Part shown: piece after piece, positions 1 through 27,021 of the stretch
Layout: each line of letters starts with the position of its first letter
Position numbering within the stretch: the first letter of the stretch is position 1
Assembly (NCBI GenBank): GCA_036172245.1
Contig: JAYWIR010000018.1
Location: 248,001-312,000 of the forward strand
DNA length: 64,000 nt
From: Raillietiella orientalis
Lineage: Eukaryota
Direction of reading: 5' to 3'
The notes under the pieces: generated by a model
What the model saw: only the letters and a program-made list of their open reading frames with translations
What the model was told of the DNA's origin: nothing
Database searches by the model: none
Translations under genes and position numbers: made by a program

Positions 1-219
1 ACAATTACAAGAAAACAATACGTCTTATTCTTATTTCAAATGACTAGATAACAATGAAAGACTATCATATTTGAATTCATCTTTTGTTATAATGATATAA
101 TTCCATAATATAATTTCTCCTGCTTCACAATATGACAAATGTATCTACATAAAAATGACAATTTTGTTAATGAATGCAAATAAATTACAATTACAATAAT
201 ACCCATGACATGTTTGCTT

Positions 220-1230
220 CCAAACACGAATGCATTGCAAAAAAATGTTCATGTTACAGGCAAAAATACGCAAATTCTTTAACCAGCTATTATACAAGAA
301 ACAAGGATTATTTATTTTAAGGAACACCTTGACTGCATAAAAATCCGATTAAACTGTATGCTGATGCTAATAAAGGTAAGAGTACATGCAAGGATATTAT
401 ATCAATCTTGCTTTTAAGCACACTTAATTATGTGAATGCAAGCAAGAAGCATCACCTTGCTATAACATATATAAAGAGCAAATCGATTCATTCACACAAT
501 TTTTCAACAACCCCTATTATACGGAAACATTGTATTAATAATGACATAAAAACCATATTCTGCGGGCGTTCATTTTATCCTAACATACAATGCCTTTCTT
601 TAAGCTTCTTGAAAAGTCAACATGATAGAGAACACTGTCTTCCTTTTAGCGCCTCGCTTATGAGGCATTAGTATTCGCTAGCAACGTTCCTAAAAATGAC
701 TACCTTAATGTAGTTTATGTCGATTATTTCCATTGTAAAAATTTACCCCAAGCAGATAGAAAAATTATTAAATTATATCGTAGTATTCTAACGCCAATCT
801 GCTTCTACGTCTTCACTCTGAACCACAATGGAATAAAAAAACACGAATTACCCCAAAACTTGTCACTCGTTACTACATTTGCAAGCACTACGGGATCTAG
901 GGAAACAGTTCATGTATTTCTTCAAATTTCCATGGCAATCATCAGCTAGATTTAAAGTTCATACATCACATATGCATGCCATTAAACTACAAGTTTGCTA
1001 CAATCGTCTAACCAAAATACAACTTGCAACGTCTTTTTCTGAACAATTGAAAACACTCAACATGATCAAAATTATTATCGTACACACAGTCCACGCAGCC
1101 TACATATGTGCTTGCAACCCACCACTAGAAGCACACTTACATGCAATGTTCAAGAAGCAACTGATACAGACACGAACATCACATGCACTTTAACAGAAAA
1201 GCAAATACTGCTGCATATGCACTTAGCCGT
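220..1230 (+). mobile_element. Highly decayed Ty3/gypsy-like pol (RT/RNase H) remnant
   Basis: Frameshifted peptides occur in the expected order: TPICFYVFTLNH..TNYPKT (cf. RPIAFxSRxLNxAExNYSTT), FKVHTSHM (cf. FTVYTDHK), NRLTKIQL, and NRKANTAAYALSRA (cf. GKANxVADALSR). Motif resemblance judged by eye only. Confidence 0.35.
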
Positions 1231-4200
1231 GCATTAATCGAACTGCACGGATTTCCACCTATCCAACCCATTCCCGCACACTGCCACTCCATAACCAAAC
1301 TTTTGCAAAATGAGTTCTACCCTACAGCCCACCCTCTTGATAAGTTTAACGTAAATCTACACAGTACAATACTTATTGTAACTACTTTTTTTGTCACAAA
1401 ACATATTTTTACTTAAAGTTACATGATTACTACACGTCATATGATCTTCAACTGCTTTACATTTATTACACAAGCATACTACAACTACAGAGATCTTCGA
1501 CGTCAAGAAATTTTTTTTTTCAGGTTCGACTTTCAAAACTTTGTGGGGATTCTCCAATTATGTTTCAACCCGATGAAAAACAAAAAAACGCATTTACCGA
1601 ACGAATCCTACACTTCCTCTTCAAAACTTAGATGGGAGAACAGAAGTACCACAACCATCAGAATCTACCATAAACATCGAAATTTCGTGTTATAGAAAAT
1701 TCCCCAAAATAAAAATAATACAATAGCAAACAAGGAAAACAAAGGGCAAAAAGCTCAGTCACATAAACAAATACTTATCGTGAAAACTTCAAAAGTTAAA
1801 ATGTGGTATCTGTTATTTCTCGATATTCTTCACATTATGTAATCAGTAATATCAAAGCAATATTTTGATTTCTCAAAGAACACAATTCTACCTTCAAGGA
1901 GAGTGAAAATTGTGTTTCGTAACAGTGAATCACAACATGCTGAAAGAACAGCTTTAAGGAAAGAGTATTTTAATGGAAAAAATAACCTTCAACTTTTCAA
2001 AACTCTCGCGAAGGAAATTCTTTATGTTAATGAACTACCAGATTTTAGTAACATGGAGAAACTAAAGTCTCTTTTGTTTTTTTGATGAAAAATAGCGCTA
2101 AAAGCTCATACAGTTTCGTGCCAAATATACCCATAGTTCGTCATTAATTATGCTAGTAACGAATTGAAATTTCAGGATCAATTTCGGTTCATTTTTTCTA
2201 AATCACTGTGCTTGTTTTTTAAATTAAAAACTCTTCAAATGAATGCACAATCATCGAATTCACATACATTACCAAGACTGAATTTGAATTGAGCGATATC
2301 ACTGTTTTCTTCATCACAATTTTCATTTTAATGTTATCACCATCGAAACGACCGCTTTCTGCAAAGGTAATGAAACCAGAAGATATCTACCTATGTAATG
2401 CTAATTTCCTATGACAAGACCAAACATAATGGCGATTATTTCGTGTCTCCCGAAGAGTAAGGCTCTTGACTGATAAAAATTAAATATTATCGAGAAAGGT
2501 TAATCACCTCAATCATAAATAAAACCATAATCATCGTCTTTTTATTTGTAAATTATGATCCGTCAACACGATGGCTACATCTTGATTGACTTTAAAGAAA
2601 AATAATTTGATTACAATTCATGCAACGAATTTTTTTGTATTTCGATAAAATTGATCTTTGTATACTCTCCAATTACCTTTCGCTTTGTGTTTATAAATTC
2701 ACAGCAACTCTTATTTTGCCTAACAGAATAATTTTGATATAAAACATAGAAGAAAAGTTTCTTAGAACAAAGAGTCAAAACAAGAAAACGATCTGACATC
2801 GATAAATTATCTAGAGGTTACATTTTTCTTTTTTTTTTAATCTTGAAAATGCCTTTTTCTCTAAAGAAATGCACATTAAACCCCATAGTTTCGTGCATTA
2901 ATAAGGATGCCATTTCCAATCTTCAATGGCTCCTAATAAAAAAGGTAAAGACTGAATCGTTGTGGAACATCAGCCCTAAAAATTTTGTACTCAGTTTTCA
3001 TTTTTCTTGATGGAAAATCTGATAATAATGTTTTTTTTAAAAAATATTCTATTGGTATAATAGTACCATTTGTAGTTTTAGTTTTTTACTTTACCTTCAG
3101 ATACCAGATCACTTTTTAGCTTAATAGGATTTGAATATTTAATGATATATTAATTTGTATCACGATTTATAAATGTTATGCCTTTCTAAGGGAACTTCGA
3201 AAGAAAGTCTCAATAAAATATCACCCTGCCCAAACTGAGAATCACCTTTGCCAAGAAAAAAATAAATTCAAGAGTTCATTCATATGAAAAAAGATCCGCT
3301 AATTATTGATACCATCACTAAATTTCCATTTCCATCACAGAGAAAAAAAGGCGGTGTTTAACTCACAGTGGAGCAAACGTTTTAATAAAAACATCTAAAA
3401 GAAGCAAATCTGTTGGCAGACTGTTGAAGAATGTCAACATGAAAGACAGGGACATTTTCTCTCTAAATACAGCTGAGATTCGTGAAAACAATTCATGAGT
3501 TTGCATGTTTTGTAATCTGTTTCAGATCTACAAAGGGAACAAAATGTTCAAGATGCACAATACCTTTCACTAATTCATAGAAGATAATTAATGTGATGTA
3601 ACTAGAAGTTGCAATCTCACAATATGCTGGAATCGGAAAAGTTATTCTAATTAATAAGCAATATCTTAATAATAGTTTCCTGCAAAACAAAGTTCATTTT
3701 AGATTGAACCATGGAATGCATTTAAATACTAAACATGGAAAATGGATTATTAAATTAAGCGAAAAAATATTGCAAAAATGGAGTTTTGATTCGGAGTTGT
3801 GTGACTGGGAAGCAAGGCCTAAGTAGTAACTGTGAATGCTCATATTTCGTTTAGATTTCTTGAGATAAGACCACACTCCGCTTAAATTTCTTATTGTTTA
3901 GAGTGGTGATGCTATTAATCCATTATTTTGGTCCTTGCATTCATTTGTAAAAGTATTCCATCTAAAATATGCACACTCTCAATCTTTTCTGCACTGAATC
4001 TTTTGTTTGATTTGGGTACACACAACCGTCAGTGAGCATATTAGTGGCACTCTCTACTTTGCATCAAAAAAGAATAGTGAGGAACTAGATACAAAATTTT
4101 CTAATCAGCACTCGAAGTCGTCTATGCAACTATGGATTTCATCCTTCGTCACATGTTCGTCGTCTTTTAAATAAATGCTTTTTATTGAATGCTTTGTAAG

Positions 4201-5075
4201 CTGTGTGGAAATCTCTAAGGATTTAATCCGAATCCTAGGGTAAGATCAATATACCTCATTTTTACGTCCTTTTCATGAGTATGATTCCTACAGTATTATG
4301 GTATTCTCCAAATTTGTTTGGATATTCTCCAAAGGCAGAAAGTGTTCTTCCTTGTGGGCACTGAATCAGAACAGTAATCTTGTTCATTTTTCTTTGTTTT
4401 AGTCCTTTCTCCGCATAAATGAAAATTTTGAGATGTGTGAGCAGAACTAAGCAATAGAAATCACAATTTAGGAACATATTTGTTTCTTTTTTCGTTGTCG
4501 ATAATTGTGGCTGAATTGTGTCACAAGCATTTCTTCAAAATTTTTTTACAGATTTGAATGAGTAGCAATTTAGTTGAGCAGTTTCGTTTTCCGAAGTAAA
4601 TAACATTGTTTACATTGTTTGATATTTGTATGGAGGAATAGTATGAAAGTTTTGAAGTAAACTTTATTAAAGTGACGCAGTTGCTGTATATTTTGAAAAT
4701 AAGTAAAAACAAGTAGCTACTTGTGGCAATCGTTGGTGTGATGTGGTGTGGATGCTGTCTGAGGATCCGAAGGTTGCCCAAGTGCTTTTTCGTGAGCGTG
4801 CTCTCTCCATACTAAGTGGAAAAGTTAGTCCCTGTATGGGTTCATTTGATTCCAGGATAAAACCGTGTAATAATATGTACTTTTCTTTAGGAATGTAAAA
4901 TAGTCATCCTTTGCTTTGGTGCGAACTTGAAATTGATGTGTGGGTACGTTTAAAACGTGCCTATTTCCGTTGTGTTCACTGTTTTGAGCCCAGATCCTCT
5001 GATCGTATCTTATATAGCTTTTGATTACTCGAGTTCGTACCTTGTTTTTTTTGTGTGAGCAAAGTGTGAAAACAA

Positions 5076-6079
5076 ATGGCGTATTCTCATGAGTATTTTG
5101 GTGTGGGCAGTGTTGTAAAATGCAAATCCTTTTACAAGGAATACGAAGGCGAAGTTTTAGCATTTGATCCCCGCAGTAAAATGCTAATGCTTAGTATCCT
5201 TTAGATATGTTATCTGTAGTGCACAACATTTCGATATTGCCGTGCATCTGCACACATTAAGGTTTGTTTGTTTTACTTTAATATTATTGAAAATTCCACA
5301 CTAAGATTACATTTCAAATTTAAATTCTAAATTTGAAGTGGCTTAAAATGGATATTTTTCATGGTAAAATTCCTTGTCTACTAATGTGAGTTAATGCGTT
5401 AGATAGACCTTGTAAATCTGTGTTCTTTTCTGTTTTATGCACCAATTATGTAATTAAGATCCTGAATTTGTTTGCTCCTTAATATGTAGAATCATGTCCT
5501 TTCAACAAAAAGGATGGCTATGCTAATGTATATTTTGTTAATCTGAATATGGTTAGTGATGTACAAGTCAAAAAAGAATGCAAAGTCAATCCACCTTCCC
5601 TGCCGAACATAAACACCCAAAGAGTGAGGAACATTATGAGCTATTTTCATTAACTGTTTGAGTGTCTTGTGTGCTTGTAGCTTAATCAACGTATAGCCAA
5701 AAATGTAGCAGAAAAATTGCAATGGATTCGTTCACTCGCAGCTGGAGCAACAGTTGAGGGTCGAGCAATTTTTCAAACCATCACAAAAACGTAGCTAGCC
5801 AAATGTAGCCATTTAAAACACCGTGATGCTTCCTCTGTTTTTTACTTCTTAGGTTGGAGGAGGTTTCCTGGCAAGGAGCCAACATAGTCGTTATGAAAAA
5901 GGTAACCATCAGTCCACCTTATCATCCAGAAGATGCTGTCAGCTCATCTGATCCCCAAGCTCAAGCACATGTCAGAAAAATTGTATGAAATGAGTGATAG
6001 TTTTGGTCTCATGCTAAAATCTATATAGATTGAGAAATATTTCAAGGAACAAGCAAGTTCGGCAGTGCCTACAACATGA
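5076..6079 (+). CDS. LSM12: Protein LSM12 homolog (Lsm domain + anticodon-binding AD domain), 5 exons, 180 aa
   Basis: Exons 5076-5193, 5490-5623, 5681-5790, 5853-5982 and 6029-6079 join in frame: MAYSHEYFGVGSVVKCKSFYKEYEGEVLAFDPRSKMLMLK...VYFVNLNMVSDVQVKKE...EGRAIFQTITKTLEEVSWQGANIVVMKKVTISPPY...HVRKIIEKYF. Missed by the ORF track because the exons are short. Confidence 0.9.
5194..5489 (+). other. U12-type (minor spliceosome) GT-AG intron in LSM12
   Basis: 5' splice site GTATCCTTT at 5194; branch-point-like TCCTTAAT at 5476-5483, a few nt before the AG at 5488-5489; no polypyrimidine tract between them. Removal restores the LSM12 frame. Confidence 0.88.
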
Positions 6080-8899
6080 TGTATGCTTATGTTAAAGTAT
6101 CCTGATGTTTGACCATAAGTAGGAGCGGAAAATCAGTTGCCTACATCACTCTGTCACCTGAAGGGTTGAAAAAGATTTCATTGTCCAAGCAAGGCCTTCC
6201 CAGAATCTTTTGTTCGATCATGTTCTAGCCACAATGAAATAAATTTGTGGTGGATGAGTATGATTCATCCAAAAAATTTCCAATGACTGGTTTATTTCAT
6301 TGCTCATCTTCAGCAAGTAATTTCTCAGAATTCTGGTTGCTTTCAACCAAACATCCTGAATGGCAACTTGTGCTTTTTAACCAAGGAAAATAGATCTTTA
6401 GTTCACAAGTAATTTTCATTCTTTTTGTTTGGTTCAGAAGCAATTTAGATTTGTTTGCATAAATGGCATATAAATAGGTAATTTAGTGTAGCAGACTAAA
6501 TCATAGAGGATATTGGTTTATTAAGACACTGATTTTTTTACATATAACTGCAGGTATTTGTTAGACAGTTTCCAGGAACTTGCAAGTGGTAATGTGATTT
6601 CATTGGGTTATGGTAATAAATTTAGTTGGAAGATTTTGTTTCTTGTTTTTTCCTTTTAAAGGGCAGCATGCCATCGTTTACCGCAAGATATTTTTCCATG
6701 CATATATCTCTGCTTGACGAAGTGAACTTCAGGAATACAAGTTATTGCTCAGAAAAGTGGTACCTGTTTTATGTGTTTCTTTGGTTCGGTCGGTGTTTCG
6801 TGAGATGTGCTATGTGGTCCACATCGAAAGTTGTAAAATTCGTGCCGTTTGGAATAAAAGCAAATTGTTACTGTAAACATTCACAACACGGAGAACTATC
6901 GCCAGGATGTGAAGAAAATACAAATGCAGTGCCGCCTGGAAGTAAAGTGTGTTTGCGCGTCCTTACTTTTTCCGTTTTGCAGTGACCGGGGAATTCACTT
7001 GTGTCGAGATGCCTCACGAGTGCAGGTCCCTGCGAACCGGCTGCATGCATCTCCTGCTTCAAAGGAAATGGAAACCCGTATCGTACTTGGATTTCACACA
7101 TAGGCGGGAATTATTTTGCGAATAGCAAATATGCAGTCAACGGAAGATTATAAAAAGTGTAAGGTTTATGCAAGTTATCATGTTCGTGGAAAATTACCGG
7201 CTTAATGGCACACCAGGAGCTATCGGGAATGCACTGTGACACTTGACCATGGGCAGCTCCCTGCTAACTAAACACGTATCACGATGTTCTACCACTACCC
7301 AATTCCGGTTTTCATCTGTGGCAGCATCGCATTTTGGGGGGGTCAAGAGAAACACTGTACTTTCCAAATTTATATTACTGGAATGCATTAACTTGCAAAC
7401 ATTGTTTGCAGGTGAGCCGTAGCAACGATTGCAGTTTTCCTTTGCAGAGTTTCGAGCTCTGGTGCTGCCAACTGGCAATTAGTGTTCCTTTGCACACTTT
7501 TCCTGCCCAGCAGCCTTCTCTCATCAAGGCCGTTTACTCTTGCTGGAAACTCATTTCAGGTGTTCCGCGGGATGCTACTGTCGTTTCAGAAGACTTGTGC
7601 CATCACTTAACCACGCCGGCCATCATGAGTTGCGCAAACTTCAGACCATCGTCATCCGTTGCTTTGCCATGTCTTTTCGTTTCATCGTTTTCAGCTGCCC
7701 GTAATGGGCATGCCTCAATAAAAATCTGTCGCGCCAACTACTCAGACCATCGAGTCCTCTGCATCCCAAACACACACTATTTTTACTACAACGTAGTCCT
7801 GCATCTGCACAACTTCAGCATTATCGTTTCCACAAACCAAGTCTGCGATGAAGCTTCCTTCTCAGGACCCACATGCGAGTAACTCCGAAAAAGTGGAAAG
7901 ACAAGTCAAAACTCGATCGATACACGTTAAGTAACCCAGAATTTCACTCAGAGCTAACATACGCTTCTTGATCCCACAAGGAATGTTGTGATTCGTTTAA
8001 AAAAAAGAAAAAAAAAAAATTGGCAACCGTGATCAAAAGATGTTTTAGTTTTCCAGCACTCAGCTGCATCCGATTTGCCATATCGATGCACGATCGAAGC
8101 GAAGGGATCGGTTAAGATTTTTTAAGGTCTGGATCTTTCGAATCCCTTAGGCTTTGAAACATCGCCTCTGGGGAAGGAATTGCAGTGACATTGGTGATGA
8201 TGAACAATTTTCTTCCATTCGAAGGACAAGGTGATGTGCACAAAATGCAGTGATGGTGAATGCACATTTTGATTCGTCGTCAGAAACTTCGGGACAAGGA
8301 GTTCCGTGAGCCTGTGGCAGGAAAGGTTAGAGGCAGGAGAAGGAATTCACGCAAAGTCAGGGCATGACACAACAAGGAGAAACCACTTCCTTCTTCTCTT
8401 CAAAGTGCACTCGGGTTACAAATCGCCAAACGATAGCTCTGCATTCTTCAGTCGGATACGCCGTGGTTCAGGAAACTTATCACTGCACGAGCGAGTAACG
8501 CTGCGAAAGTGAAACAACATAGGTGTGGGGCTACGAAGCTTCGGTCCTCCATCGAATATCCCCTTTCGTATCACAGCCTATGCCCACGAACATAGCCGAC
8601 CAGTTTTCGCGAAGAATCCATAACTACTGGAAAGGAAGTAGTTCATCTCCTTGGGCTTCAAAGAGACGGACACGAGATTTAAAAACCCGGAGACAGGAAA
8701 ACAAAAGCGCATCTTTATTGTCGTCCTCCTTCATTATAAGAAAAGAAAGGAAGTTGGAATTCTACAAAACAACTTCCGAACAGACAGCGAGAGATGCCGG
8801 AACGCAGGAATGACCAATCACGCAACGATGAGGACCAATCACCAACTGCCAAACACTTATCAGCTACGGTATCCAGAAGGATTGCTTCAGACGGTTCCG

Positions 8900-9720
8900 A
8901 AAACTAGTATACATCAAGTGACTGACCAGGACAAAGAATCGAAAGAGAACGAATAGTAGGAGAGGCAGGAGACGAGCATCACAGGTCTTCTCCAACACAC
9001 TTCCTCAGATTCGCCGTGAATCCCTCTCCCCCGTTCCAAATTGGTTTTCGATGCTTTTCGGCACCAGCGAAGATCAGCAGCAGGATGAAGTAACCCTTCA
9101 CCCGCTCCCCTTTTAGTCCAGATGTGGGCTTCCCCAAAGGGGGCTTCGTGCGGGGTGCACGGGCCAAACAGCGTCAAGAGCACACATCGAGAGCGGCAAT
9201 TGGTGCTTGGCATAACAACTGCTTCAAAGCGACACTCCCAGGACGACGACCTAGGTTCGCAGGGCGGCTAAATGACGAACATCGCCATGAGCCCCCATCT
9301 TGCTCGAACACGGTAGCCGCCTTACCTAGATACTCGCCTCGTTATGCAATCGGCAGCAAAGTTATGTGATCAGCATTCGACTCTCCTAACAGTTGCCTCT
9401 GCCATACTGAGATCTCCAAACTTCGACGCCCCAAGGCTGCCGCCGCGAAAAACGCATTAGGAGATACCCAAGCGCCTAAACAATCAGGACTACATGAAAA
9501 CATGGGATCTTGAGATCGATAAGGAACATCCGCTTCTGAAGCTCCCAACAGAAAGGCAGCAGCCGGCGTGGAAACCTACAGAAAGTCCAAGACAAGCTGC
9601 TCTAAGTTGACGCGTTCGTCAATTAAGCAGAAATGCCGAAAAACGAACGTCCGTAGGCGGAAATTCCCACCTCTCAAATGCTGTTTACAATGTCGGCAAT
9701 GAGCACACGGAATCGCACCA
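8900..9720 (-). mobile_element. Decayed DIRS-like retroelement RT remnant just downstream of GLDC
   Basis: LIDLKIPCFHVVL at 9523-9485 (cf. SIDLKDAYFHVPI), preceded by QLVLDF (cf. RPVLDL) and followed by YLLMRF (cf. KYLRF). Multiple stops and frameshifts; boundaries approximate. Confidence 0.45.
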
Positions 9721-10053
9721 AAGCCCAAAGAGAGCCAACACTGGAACTACGAAGAATGCAATTCCTCAACCCCGGAAGACTTCCCCGAGGCGTCGGCAAC
9801 CAGAAGACGCGGGTAAAAGTGGCAAAGAAAGGCGCGTTTGATGCCGGAAGCAAGCAGCGCACGCGCTGCTCACCAAGCGCCACGGGGCGGCCGACCACCC
9901 AAGCCCACTCAGTGCTTTCCGCAAAACACCACCACTCCTTGTATTCTCCTGGAGTTCTCCGCGCGCGCTCAAAGCGCACCACCGGCTGCGCCCCTCCCGG
10001 GCGGCACCGGTCAGTCGCCGCGCGGCGCACCTCAGCGACGCCCACTCCTCCAT

Positions 10054-24596
<14,543 letters not shown>

Positions 24597-27021
24597 TTCG
24601 AGACGAGAGCTCAACAGTTAACAAATGCAAAAGTACCAAGTGTAAGTTCATTCTTTCTAAATAAAATGATTGCCCACAGAACCACGTTCATCAGAAAATC
24701 ATAATAAAACAAATCACAAATTAATCAATTGTTAGGGTGATAATACGGAAATATTTTTTTTACTAGGAGTTTCATGAAATAAAAACAAAACAATTTTTCT
24801 GAATTAGGGAATTTTAGTTAGACCTTATTTTAAAAAAGGTGTATTTCTTGATGACCTTTTTTTTTAAAAGGTATCAAATCAAAATAAACAAACACATCAA
24901 TCATCGGATGAGCAGAATGATTATACATACATTCGGAATGATGAATATCAGAATATCCTGCATAATTAAGGAAAACTGCTGATGCACATAGAAGTACTGA
25001 AATGCAATCATATTCCATTTTTCTAAAACAACCACTTGAAGTGTTGTTTTATTCAAGGATTTTATCTTCCTGATTACATTATTTCTAATACGAAATGCTC
25101 TAGATAAATAAATAATAATGAATCAGTGTCTCCAAATTCAGATAGAAAAAAATAACAGTACGTGGCGATGCCAAACATTGTAAATGCTTAAATTGTTTGA
25201 CAATATCTGCAGCATAAAATAGAAATATCTGTAAAATAACTGAAACCTTATATCTGCATGCCATGTATCGCTTCATGACAATCGTTTCTCTTTTTTTTTT
25301 TATTTCATGGTGTACATTATTTTCTTACATTTTGAGTGATGTGAGCTAACATGACTCGATAATTATTGAAATCAAGGAAGTGTATTAAGTAATTTTTTGG
25401 TAAAACTGTGCAAAGTGGTTAATCTTGAATCGAAGGTATTTTCTTGTCACACGTGTATATTGTGTGAGATGACACCAGTTAAGATTCGCCGGGTCTTCGT
25501 TTAAGATTGGACTTTCAGTGCTGAAAAAATGAATTAAAACATAGATTGAGATATAATTTCTTAAAGTTCTTGTTAACTCTTTTCAATTTTTGTATACTAA
25601 CGATGATTTCAACGTCCAAGGAGATGCAATTCTCCTTCCTATGACTTATATTATTTTTGCATGCAAAGACTATTGGAACGGCTCGATTTTCATGGCATGT
25701 GTGAGCAGCCGCGTCAAGGAAATGCATAGATAATCTTAAACTACAAAAGAAGCATTATTTTGTAGCACCGTGCTTTTATAACTCTTTCATTAACAATAAA
25801 AGTTCCTTTTCATTCCCGTTTTTCTAATTCTCATGATGTTCATGAAATTTCAGTACTCAACTTTTAGTTTGTATCATTCTAGGAAGAATAGGAGAATCGA
25901 CTTGAGGTGTGCTTTTATTTATGAATATCATAAATGTAGTGTGTATTGACGAATGTATAATACCTGTAATATAGTAACACTCCTATTTGAAATGAAATAA
26001 AACTGTTATTTTTTAAGATTATTAAAAAAATTAAGTAAAAAGTTAGCACTGATTTGATTTTCTAGCCTTGAATGGTTACACCTTAATTAATGAAAAACAC
26101 AAATCATAAAATTTGAAATAAAAGTTTTAAGAACCTTCGCAGAATTGGCTGAAAGTTACTCTACTCTAGTGATTCGACCGTTGGTATTTGTCTTTTGTTT
26201 TTTTTTCACAAAACACCAAAGATTGGCCTGGTTAGTTGCTGTAACAGAATATTGTAACAAAAACTACTAAAAACTTCTTAGCATTGTTTCTGTACGGCTT
26301 AGACCATTGTTTAATGCCGCAAGGAATCATAATCACAAAATTGGAGATATATTTGTATTACGGTATATATTTTAATAAATTAACATTTTTTCCACAAACA
26401 CATAAAGAAAGAGCTTCCTAAATTTTTAGAATCTTATGAGCTCAATTTTCTGAACTAAGTGATGTTTAGGTGATGTGATTGCATTGAGAGTTATTCTTTG
26501 AATTTTTTTAAAACATTTGTCTTCCTTTTAAATGAAATTATATAAATATTCGTTGCTACCGTGTCAGTGAATGATTTGTGGTACTATAGTTAGTGTTTCA
26601 AGGAAAACTGACTGGAGTTTAATTTTCGTATTTTGGATAACTATAAAAAACATAGTTCTAATATACATTTTTTAATTTATATCAAGATAATATATATCCG
26701 TTTTTTCTGTTTTTGGACATACTGTTATTTATGCCATTTTCAGAACAATTAAAAACTTCAGCATTTTAAGTATTTAATGTTGTTATATTCTAAACGATTC
26801 TGTGTATTCAAAATCCTTCATTATAGAAATGATTATTTTTAGAGTGATTAATTCTATTTATATTGGATTTAATGATTGGTTTTTCACTTCTCTCAAATAT
26901 ATTAAGGGCAAGTTTCATATCTTGCACAAAGCGTGGAAAAACCAAGTCATGACCTAGGCATTCTGATTTTAAAATGGTTCGAATTTAAGTAGGAAGGATA
27001 AGTGCGAAAGTAGTGTGTATC

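Noticed and set aside
6620..7890. Cys/His-containing ORF fragments (KCDAATDENRNWVVVEH) reminiscent of a FLYWCH-type finger or DNA transposon
   Set aside because: Resemblance too weak, frames broken, and no terminal inverted repeats found by eye.
26970..26990. GGTTCGAAT T-loop/B-box-like word
   Set aside because: No cloverleaf stems or A-box around it; not a tRNA.
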